This document shows, one piece after another, positions 10,386 to 22,300 of a stretch of 64,000 nucleotides of DNA. The notes beneath the pieces were generated by a model. It was not told the origin of the DNA and did not search any database. It worked only from the letters and a program-made list of their open reading frames with translations. Source of the DNA: Tubulanus polymorphus (Eukaryota > Animalia > Nemertea); NCBI RefSeq assembly GCF_964204645.1, contig NC_134027.1, positions 24,514,560 through 24,578,559 of the forward strand, in the 5' to 3' direction. The first letter of the stretch is position 1. The number at the start of each line of letters is the position of its first letter. The position numbers were made by a program, and so were the translations under genes.

Positions 10386-13300
10386 CTGCAAGATAAAAAC
10401 GTTACAACGAGATAACAATAATAGTTCGACGATCTTCTGAATACCATGAATTACTGAGATAAGGGCGCGATAGTGGAAAGAGTAAGGGGGAATTAAGTAT
10501 TTACAAGTATCTGTTAATGGTTAGGAGGCTTTTCGGGTCCATAGCATGAGGAATATGTGGTCGGGTTAGTTGAGAGAGGAGAGAGGGAAAGAGGGAGAGA
10601 GGGAGGGGAGAGGGAAAAGAGGGAGAGAGGAAGGGGAGAGTGGGAGGGAGAGAGGGAAGGGGAGAGGGAGGAGAAAGAAGAGAGGAGAGGGAGAGAGGGA
10701 GGAGAGGAAGAGAAAGGAGAGGGAGAGGGGAAGATGGAGGGAGGAGAGAGAGGGGGAGAGAGGGAGGGAGGGGAGAGGGAAAAGAGGGAGAGGAAGGGGG
10801 AGAGAGGGAGGGAGAGTAGGAAGGGGAGAGGGAGGAGAAAGAAGAGAGGAGAGGGAGGGGGGAGAGGGAAGAGAGAGAGAGAGGATCATTTCATTTATCA
10901 AACCTGATGAGGCTGAAGTGAACGGGTATTTTACCAAAATTATCTAGTATAATCTAAGTAGTTTATACGTCCATGTTCGCTGAATAAATGTCCATCCTTA
11001 TTGATGCACCCCTTGTTTGTGAAAAAAATTTTTCCCTTTCATTACAGAATCCCGCATATCTATACGCGAACGTAGATAGCTCGGATTCAAATCCGAATTC
11101 AACCACCATTTACCGCATACTACATTGCGGACCTACATTATTCAAAACTGTAGTAATACATGCGTTCTGTAACACATGTTTCGAGCTTTGTCATCTGTCT
11201 AACACTGAAGTATTCTCTACCCATATAATACAACGTTTCAACCCTCGTTTTCGCGACGCAGAAAAAATGTTTGCCCGACATATGTTTGCGTTGTTGTCAC
11301 AGTTTTTGACGTTTGTATTTTTATCCGAATGTCAACGGCGCTCTGTGCTAAATTTAGAATATGCCTCAAACGCCTCGAGCGTGGCACAGCAGGTGCATAT
11401 GCAAAATGGCTATCCACCTCGAGAAAACGGCGAAATAGCCGCAATCGCTTCTTTCGAATTCTTTCTGTTTATCTCAATCTCTAGCACCCAACTTAAAGAC
11501 TGGTCTTAAGTTATTACATTGTCTGTGGATTCAAGATGGTCCTAGACTTAGTCTAGGACCATCTTGAATCCACAGACAATAATCTTTAGTCTAATCCGTG
11601 ACTATGGAATGGGCTCCAGTTGCACTGTTGAATCCAGGGTGGATCCAGGGGGACTTCTAAAAGTCCATCGAATTTTTTTTAGTCCCCTTTTTTATCTTGC
11701 CAACTGAGAGATAGGTGCATTCCATTGTGGGAGTGGGCCTTATGTTGCCTTCGTAGATTCGTCTTATTGTCTGTAGACAATTCTCAAAACTGGTCTACAA
11801 GATCGTTGAAACCAAAATAGAAAATGCCATAGAACCCAAATGACTGGTGTTAGATCTGTCTAGGTACGAGTTCAGAAAGGTTCTCAATTCTATCATAGAT
11901 TGGTTGCCAAATTGAGCCTTAGTCTAAGCCTCGATTGCGAAACTGCTCCCGGGATTTATTCCGAATATTTTCACGAAGTTCTTCAGATTTTCTAGATACT
12001 GACGCGCATATTGGAATTCTAGGGCATTAAGAATATGATTATGCGAACCATTTGTTCTATCGTGAATAATTCCGGCGTATATTACTATACTATCGCGCTA
12101 GGAAATTATACAAACAATGAATTATTCATGCATTAATAACGTAAAACAATGACATTCACTGAAATAAATGAGTTCAAAACTATGTAATATGTGCATGAGT
12201 GTCGGTATCATGTCCCAGGCACACTTTCCCGGCAGGCCATACACAGCAAAAACTGGAAATATGTCCTCCCTCCCAGGCTAATTAATAATAGTTGGATATT
12301 GTTGTTTAAGAAGAACAAGTAACAATTCCTTTATTGTAGCTCCCATGAAAGCTGGTGCAGTGTGAATCAGTGGCAGGTGAATAGAGACATTTTTCAGTTA
12401 AAAATGTTAGAATTTTTTCATTTTCTTTGATCAAGAAATATATGGTCAATGACATATACAGATTCCCCGAGGTTTCCAGGTTTTTCTGCAAATTTGGTTG
12501 AATTTCTGGATTTTCTTAATTACCCAGGGCAGTTTTCCGGGTTTTCTAGGTCACCGGCCTCTCATCCTGGACGTAAACCTCACAAGCTACCCCCATTAAC
12601 GAACCATCTTACGGCTCATTATCCAAAAACACTGGTTGAATACCGGTATACGCAGGGTCGGATTCTCTATCTCAAATTATTCTTAGGAAGGCTCCGGTTG
12701 CCATGGCAACTCGGGACAAATTGCACCGCCAAATCCCCGGGAATGGTCGTTCGCCATAAACTAAGTCGTGTCCCGGAATAGCTGATCGTCTGGCGAGTGA
12801 TTCTCATTAGACAACGCTTTCAAGCCTTGTCAAAGATTTCAACTTTTTTCGAGTACGAAATCAGTAAATTCATAATCGAATCGAAACCTGCTGTATACAA
12901 ATTTGAATTTATCAATAAGTGAGATTCATTCAGAATTCAGATCGGAAAATTGAAAGATGCGACATTTCGAATCCCTCTCTAGAGACCGGCGATGGTTTCT
13001 GATATATCGCTATGTTTTCAAACTTTTAGATTCGCATGAAAAGGGTTTTAATTCTACTATCTATTCTTCACGTCTGAGTGTGGTTATTCTATAGTAGTAA
13101 ACCTTGCCTAACTCGGCCATGGCGAACTCGGACTTTTGATTCGGACAAAAATGAAATCATTTCTCTGTCTTCCTTAACCCTTTCAGTGCGTCTACACCGC
13201 AGTGCGCTGTATAAATCAGTGATAGATTTTGCTAGTACACCGCACTGCGGTGTATTGATGTAATTAGTAATTTGTAATTATCTCTATTGAAAAATGGCAG

Positions 13301-16300
13301 CACCTGTCTAACGTAGTGAAATATTAGTAACTAACGATACACCGCGCCGCGGTGTAGACGCACTATAGTGGTATTCCCGTTATTCAACACAATAGGGTGG
13401 AATTTTCCAAAATTTTCAAATTATCTCTAGCACTATAGGGTATTAACTAATCAGCACTGAAAGGGTTAACGTATTTTCCTATTACAGCGTTAGCCCGAGT
13501 TAGTTTATTTACTGCTATTCATTCGAATAAATTAAATTTCCTCATAAATTTGCCACTGTCCGTAGAACAGCACGATATATTGAAATTGTTCCATTTCCAT
13601 AAAACTCGATAATTGTTTTATCCCGGGGAATGATTTAATTGAATTCCATTTCGACGATCTCCAAATATCGCTTCTCAAAACTCCTGACGAGGCGGCGCAC
13701 GAAATGGCAGCCCCTGTAGCGCGGAGCCCCTGGAGCGTGTCAGCGTAAACTATCGGATCACAAATGCATTTAACAGCAAAGCGTAGAATTTATCAGTACG
13801 CATTGCGCGGGTAATTACTGTAATAAATCTAAACGGATGAAAGGCAGAGTCGAAAAAATATCACCGAAACCCTGCACATAATTTCGCGACGGCCTTGAAT
13901 CTGCCGAATAAACGAGGTCAGTAGAGTTAGAGAGAGAGAGAGTGACTGATTCTAGTATAGATATTACTGGGTTAATTACTTTTAATAGATCATTAACAAT
14001 AGATCATTAACCGATCTAACAGCACGATCCGCATTCATCGTTCACCTTTTGTACGAGGCAAAATCAACACGAAAATTGATAACGAATATATCATATGATG
14101 CCTTGAGAAAAAAAGATGTAGAATGTTTTGAGGTCAGCTTATGTGGCAATGTATTGAGCAATGCGTTGACCAGAGAAATCAGAGTTGCAATGGCTTTATC
14201 AGGGTTGTACAACAGTTGGTTCTCAAAAATGACAGAAACCTTTGCGAAAACCACCATCACTACGCAATGGTAAATAACTAGAGGCCCATGGGCGTGGAAT
14301 GATTTTGAAGGCGACCATTCTGAATGTTAAGGTGATCCTGATTGGTCAGAAAAATGTGAAATCTCCTCTGATTGGCTTATTTAGGTACGTATCAGGTACA
14401 GAATTTCCGCAAATCGAAAACATTTCATATGGTCAGTCGTTTTGATTGGCTGTATACGAGGTCAGCAAACTGACCAATGAGAATACTTCAAAGGGCTATT
14501 CTGATTGGCTCATATCCTAAGAATCTAAACGAACTGACCAATGAGAATTGGGAACACTTAAAAGGCCAGTCCGATTGGCTTTTATATAAAGTCATTTCAG
14601 CAAACTGACTAGTAGGAAAAGATAACACTTTAAGCAAAATGACCAATGACGAGCAAAATGACCAATGACTACTCAGCGCGCTAGACAATAATCGAGCATA
14701 CTATAGTTCGGTCTTAACGCGTTTCACAGCATCGGCCATTTTGGATCTAGGTCCGAACTACATCGACCGTGTTCAGTTACATGGTTCACTATTTCAGGAC
14801 TATAGTGCCGACTTACTGACATTCAGTTGCAGTAAACCGGCAAATAGTCCACTAACTCCGACAAGCGAAGTTCCCCCTGGGTATCGATGCGTTCAAAGCA
14901 AGGAAACTTCCACTTCATCACTCTTGGATGTTTTGAGAAGTCTCGCGTCGAGCGCCGGCTGTAAAGGGTTAACATCGGAAAATTAAAGGTCCATTTTTTT
15001 TCGTCGCGAGAGTTAAAAGATTTTTGTCAAACATCGCAGGTTATCGGGCGATACGTCATTTTCGAGCCAATTACCGAACAAACACGGCTACCCGCCAACA
15101 AAGACACGTATTTACTTAGCCTAATTCGTACGTAAAAAAAATGCCAGCAGCCGGTTTTATAGATTGGTTTATCTCGCGCGTCAAACAGCTAACAATTGTT
15201 CCGTATTTAACGCACGTATACACGGGAGTATAAAACCGGCCCAGGGGCGAAGTTGCGTTGAGGTTTTTTTTTTCGTTCAGAATTCGGTTAACGACACAAC
15301 GAAGGGACGCGCGAAGGGACACTATTTCATTACGAAAGCGAGAGATAATAACGTTCATTTAGTCGCGGGGTTTAATAGTCAGACCAGTTCCACGGAGAAA
15401 TCGCGCCGTTTATATCGGTCCGACGTCTGATGAGCCAAAAACCGTTATTCCTGAAAGTTTCATGTTTGTAGTGGAAATAATTAAGGCTGGAAGATGAAAT
15501 TACAGGAATTCATGATAAAATTCTTATAGAAAGGCGGCCATATTGGATATTTTTCCAGCTCTTCCAATGTCTAAGTATGAATGATGTCAAAATCTAGAAT
15601 TCCTGAAAGTTTCATGTTAGTAGCGAAAATAGTCAAGGCTCTAAGAAACAAGTTTTACAGGAATTCATAGCTAAATTCATAAAAGTCATATTTGATTTTT
15701 ATTTTCAGTTAGGCCCTAAATCTGATCTTTTTCAGATAATCAATCCAGAAAAATGCATCCTGAAATTTTCATGCTGGTTGCCAGAATGGCGATATGCGCA
15801 CCAAACAGCCTGACAATTTCAATACCTGAATTTATTTATGAGATGGATTTATTTATGAGATGTATATAAGGCTTTTAGTTTACCGAGCCTTCGGTCACTG
15901 GCCTCTCTTCAATCCAGGGTTTGTGTGCTATGATCTAGGCAACTTCACGACAGAGAAGAAACTATTGAGCCTCATCAAACCTACTTATGATGCCCTGAGT
16001 GGCGGTCATTGAGTTGAGGGGGGAAAGAAACCTTAAACCTGCTAATAATGTCCCGAGTGCGCTCTACGGTTTGAGGGGTAAAAGAGAACTCCTTCACATA
16101 TTCAAACATAGCGCGTTACTTTTTTCTTTTTTCTTGAATAAGGTGAAATGATTTTCCTGGCACTCGTGATTATGCAGCTAATTAGTACGATTAATAGGTT
16201 AATTGCCATTCATCGACTGTTAACAAATGGATCATTGATTTTTCTTTAATGCACTCAATATCGCAGTCCTATTTCTTCATCTAACATAGAATCTCACGTA

Positions 16301-19300
16301 GATCATCTCCGTTATAAACATGAGGGTTTAAGACCAGTCTAAGCTCATTTTGATTCCAGTCTAAGCTCATTTTGATTCCAGTCTAAGCTCATTTTGGTTC
16401 CATAACCAACCTAACAACTTAAGACCAGTCTAAGCTCATTTTAGTTCTTTAGCCAATCTAACAACTTAAAACCAGTCTAAACTCATTTTAAGTTATATCA
16501 CCAATCTGACAACTTAAGAGCATAAGACCAGTTTAATTTCATTCTGACAATTTAAGACCAGTCTAAGCTCATTTAGGATCTCTAGCCAATCTAACAACTT
16601 AAGACCAGTCTAAGCTCATTTCAGTTATATAAACAATCTGATAACATAAATAGCTAAAGTATCTACCTCAGAAAATGTCCTGATTTCGTATCCTAAAAGC
16701 GGCATGCTTTCAATTGCTGCCATATCCTAGAAAAAGAAATAGAAAATTTTGAATAAATCTCACGGAAAATTGAATGAAATCCTGAATAAATCTTGCAAGA
16801 TTTTCAATTACGAAAAAAGATCGGTGCACCAACCTCGCTGGCCTTATACGTATAAAGCACTTTATCTTTGACGACGAACCACATTTTCTTCCATTTCTTG
16901 CCTTTGAATACTTTCAAATAACCACTCATATCGCTTTCACTGGCGTTAGCGTGCACCTGAAAAAACAGTCAAAAATCCAGTCTTTAATCATATTGAAATT
17001 TCTGCAGACTAGAACCTGCCAGCTTCAGACATTCACCCACGAAGTGTGTCGACCAATATCTGGCGTTTGTAGTTAATTTCAAATCAAAAATCATTCACGC
17101 GAAGTCCTGAACGCAAGTGAAGTGTGGGCGATCACTTTGTTGAAAGTGTGCCGGTAAAATGTCTAATGTCTGGTATTTGTAGTTCATTTTCGATCAAATA
17201 CGACTCAGGTAATGGAGTACTGAACGTAAAGTATGAAAGTGAAGTGTGGACACAGTTTTCGAAAGTTTGCTTATAAAGTGTCTAATATTTGTTATTTGTA
17301 GCTAATTTTCAATCAATGATGGTTCCGGTGAAGTACTGAACACATGTGATGTGTGGAAAATTTATTTTTGAAAGTGCGCTTATAAAATATCTAATGTCTG
17401 GGGTTTGTAGTTCATTTTCAATTAAAAATGATTCAGGTAAAGGAGTATTGAACTCACGTGAAGTGTGGACGATCCGTTTTTGAAAATGTGTCTAATATTT
17501 CGTGTTTGTAGTTCATTTTCGATTAAGAGTGTCTCAGGTGAAGGAGTACTGAATTCATGTGAAGTGAGGACGATAAAAATCAGAACAATGCTGCGACATA
17601 CAAGATGTCTGAGGGATTGCAGGGTCTAGGCTGACTGCATGGGGTCTCAGCCGATAGGGTGCACGATTCAGACTGCAGATCGATACCTCATCACGATCAT
17701 TTTATAAGCAAACTTTTGAAAACTGTGTCCACACTTCACATGTGTTCAGTACTCCTTAACATGAATCATATTTGATCGAAAAATGAACTACAAATAGCAG
17801 ACATTAGACATTTTATCAACACATTTTCAACAAGTGATGATCAACACTTCATCAAAGAACATATTTCACGTTCAAGTTACCTCTTTAAGAACTGCCGGTC
17901 GCGATTTTATTGTCTGTCGGAATGCTTTTAAACTCTTTCTGACTTTCGATTTCGTCGGTGAGCTTTTCTCTTCGGTTTCGGCCGAACGAGGCGATTCCAC
18001 ATCTGAGGAAATAAGAACGGTACATTGCATTTCAGATCCTCCTGAATGTCGTTTCACAAACCAGCTCCTCGCTGAAATTTGAACTCACAACTTTTGAGCT
18101 AACGAATGAGTTCGACCATTACTGAATACCAAACTCGAGAGCTTCGAGCTCAGGATAAAACCTGTTCTCTAGTGATGGTGAAATTTGAACCCAGAGCTCA
18201 CAAGCATTCATAGCGAGTACCAAACTTGTGGTGGGTACTGATTTACTGAGCTTTAAACTCACGACATAACATGTCCCTAACTGATGGTAAAATTTAAACT
18301 CAAGTGATTTTGAGCTCACCAGAAACTTTTCCCGGCAGTGAGCCCCATTTGTGGTGGGTACTGAAATTCAAACATTTATTAACAATAATAATTATTATTT
18401 ACATTGAAATTATAACATAATATAACCTGCTGCATTTTCATAGATATACAATTAAATACAATATAAACATGTTGCAGGAGTTATAATTGAAGGTGCCCAA
18501 GAAGCAAATGCATGTAATAATGGGTCACCTCAGCACACCAGATACAATCACACAATAACATACACGCCCACATTCATCCGTAAGAAAAACTCAAAGAAAA
18601 AATTCCATTCAAATCAATACCAAGTCTATATCAGGAATGGTATTCTCATGACCAGACATACGTACCTAGTTTTTCGAAGCATTCTCGGCAAACTCGAGCG
18701 AGCTTATCGCGTAGATATGCCAACTTAGCCCTGTAGTCCGAACAAGCCCCGCATACAACCTACAACCCGAACCGACGAGTGAATAAACATAGGGGGCGCC
18801 GCATAAATCGGATGAGAGGAATATTTTGAAGATGATTGCGAAATACCGACCCGTCCACAGGAACGACAATGGTGTCGTCTCCAGGTAACCGTAAATTCCG
18901 ACGTGCAAGCCATACACATCGTCACTCTAGCGTCGGGAACCCAAACGGGTGCTTTAGCACCGAGAATGAAGTCCTTATCGATTGTCACGATCCCCTGCGA
19001 ACAAAGTTATCAATTATCATTGTTTCAGTACCGGTTATCAACTACTTCTACTTCAAGTTTCCATTCAAATTCATTTTGGTTCTATAGCCAATCTAATAAC
19101 TTAAGACCAGTCTAAGTTCATTTTGGTTTTATAGCCAAGCTAACAACTTATAACCATTAGGATCATTTATCGACCCTTTGTAGAACCAGGCCCTGTTACT
19201 ATATAACCAGCCATTTTGCTTTGTCAGAAATTGCAGGTTTTGGAGGAAGAACTCAAAATTACACAAAAATTGATTTTCTTTAAAATTAACGAACAAACGT

Positions 19301-22300
19301 AATGGAAAGTAACTATTTTCCCTAGATTACTGAGTCATCTATTGGATGAATGCGGTACTCACCTGCGGGTTGGTTTTCGCGATTTCATACGTGCTTCTCT
19401 TCACCGCGTTGTCGTCGATAGCTTTGGTCAGTACGGTCAGCCATTGTTCCCTCTCTTCAGACGTACTGTTAATTAGAAAATAAAATACGTAAGGCCTTCT
19501 CTAATCACTTGGGAGTACAGATTCACTGCCTGAAATTCCACAACAAAAACATCATATAAAAAAAAACTATTTTTGTTTCTATCAAAATTAAAAATCCAAA
19601 TTTTTCTTGCTATTTTTGATCTAATGATTTGTTAGTTTTCTTCTATCATTTGAATTAAATTCAACACAATAATTACACCTTTAAAATCTTTTTTTCCGGA
19701 GTCCCTCCAAAGATTTTATGTTTTTATGTGAAAATACTCAAATAATAAGAATAAATGTTTTGATTTTTTTCCACGTTCTCTTCCGTCCTAATATGCCTGT
19801 AATGGAGAATTTCTATATTTTCTATGACATTTTTTTCTTGAAAAAATCCGAACTCCAGGTAAATATGTAAGAAAAGACAAACATTGCCGATGGAAATAGA
19901 TGAAAAGTTGGATGAGAGATTTTACTCATTTTTTGAGAAACCGGTAACACATGTAGACAAGGAGGCATATTCAATAACCAATTACAAACAACAGGCTCAG
20001 GGAATGTGAATGCAACAAAAACAACATGCAGTGAAAATTATCAGAAATAAAACAAGATATCACAGTTAACCGAACTGAATACACACGCTGCAGCAGGGAA
20101 AGATATCATTCCAATGGACCGCTCTGAAAGGCAAGTATACTACACACAACCACCAGTGTTTAATTTCGGTATACAGTAGACTTCGCTTACCCTAGGACCA
20201 ATAAAATCTCTTTTACGTGAAATCTGGGGCAGTCGAAGCAGTGATAGGCTATAATCTAGTTGAATGAAGTTAGAAGTTGAAACATTGCTCCAAACATATT
20301 CATTTATTCACTACTAGATTTTAATCTTTTGCTGAAATATTGTCGGATTTCTTAAGAATTCAAGCTTATTTGTAATATAGTCAGGCGTGGGCACTCAGTA
20401 ACCCGAAGCATCTAGGGGGTAAACATAGTCTACTGTAATGCCAGAAACTTGCAAATACATTGTACCTTATACATAGTCGCAGAAATGGTCGCAAGACTTG
20501 AAAAGAAACGCAAGAAATGAAATGCAGAACCGCGTAATGGATTGAAGATATGTGAACCTACCGTACACTTGACGGGGTCACGTTAAATGTTCATTTAGTT
20601 TTTCTTCATTATTGTGGGGTTTCTGTTTACAACAATACATGTAGTAATAGACAGTCACTTGTCTATGGAAACAAACTAAACATCGGTCGATAACAAGTTG
20701 GTTTTTGTATCCAGTACTATTGTTATTGTAAGAGCCTAACCCTAGATCCGCCCACCGGGTCATACCAGAAACGTTATATTCAGTACCAGTCAAACAGTCG
20801 CTTTAAATTACAATCATTATGACTGTAAAAGTCGTCTCAATTATTGTATCCTAAGTTGTATATCCAATTCAATTTACTAAGTGTAAGTTGTCATTTGAGT
20901 AAGCCATCAATCAACACAGTGATAGTCCAAAATATGATGACTTAACAAGCGAATTTGAACGTATGACTAGTAGTGAAAAATGCAATCATATGATAGAGTA
21001 TTAGTTTTAGAACATTCTCACGCATGCATATATCAACATACATCGTTTATTCATTAATGTGCTCTTATACATTACTGTACCTGCATTGTAGGATTAGGGG
21101 TTCGTTAATATCTGGCCTGAAGGTAAAAGGTTGAAAAAAGTCCTCAAGTTAGTTTAAGGATTGAACTATATGCATGCGTTAGTGAAATGCACAACTCTCA
21201 GATACTGACTGATTTGATTGGTAAAATTTCATGATGGAAAATGTGTCAGATAATGGGGAATTAGAATAGCTAGGGCAGTTTGGTAAATCTAACTGCAAAT
21301 ACGTATGTCCAACTGATATCTATACCCTCTGACAAGCCAGTTATGTTCAATTTGTGCATAAACAAAGGGTGCCAGACCTGATTACTTTGGTGTCTACTTT
21401 TCTAGTAGTTTTCACCACAATTTGACATTGAAAATAGAGTTTAATTGGAAATTAACAAGAAATCATTCTGGGGCAAGGCGCTCAAAATTTGGTTAAAGGT
21501 ACACAGCCATATAAACAATAAACTTTTAATTGTCAGTATGTCAAACATCCACTGGTTAACTCTAACCACCTTCTGAGCTACTGGCCCCTGATTTTTAAGG
21601 ATATTTTGATATTTCGTTTAGTGAAAGTGAGTCCAGTAGGCTATACCTTGGAGTGATAAGACTATACGATCGGTAATGTTGGGTGCCTGGATTGGCTGAA
21701 AATGTTGGTGAGAGGGCCACTGGCTGGATTAGTATTATCTAAGTTAAACGTTCGCTTACTTGGCTGATAACGTAAACGACCGTTGTATGCTGATAATACT
21801 GAATTCATTTTCGAAGTCGTCTTGAGTCGGTTTTTTGACTTTCATTCCGGCGAGTGACAGGACGTTTTTCAACTTGTAGCCGTTCGGCACCGGCTTCGTG
21901 TACAGTAACACATCATTGAACTGAAACATAAAAGGCAGAAAGAGACTCAGTTTGATATCTCATCCTCTCAGACTACGTACAGTCAATACACCACAGAATT
22001 GTATCATTCTTGTTTTTTATGTTTTTTGATGCCGCAAAAACCATTACAATAATGTTTATACACATTGATAACTTTCTGAGCGTTATTTAAGGGGTTCTGT
22101 GTGAGTCGATGTGCGCTACGTCATCACTAGTGGCATTAGCAATAGCAAATATGAATTTTGACGTTTATTTCGTAATTAAATATATTTTCTAATATATTTG
22201 ATTAATTTCATAAATGATTTTTGAGAGGATGTGGACTACATCATCAATTTATCCGAATGTATATATAGGGAAAATTTGTGGAATGAAATTTTTGAAATGA

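Noticed and set aside
10557-10947. G/E/R-rich and L/S/P-rich ORFs
   Set aside because: Artefacts of the polypurine tract
21647-21695. 49-nt AG...GT segment in the FGD6 PH1 intron
   Set aside because: Not frame-preserving, and it contains a stop in the required phase
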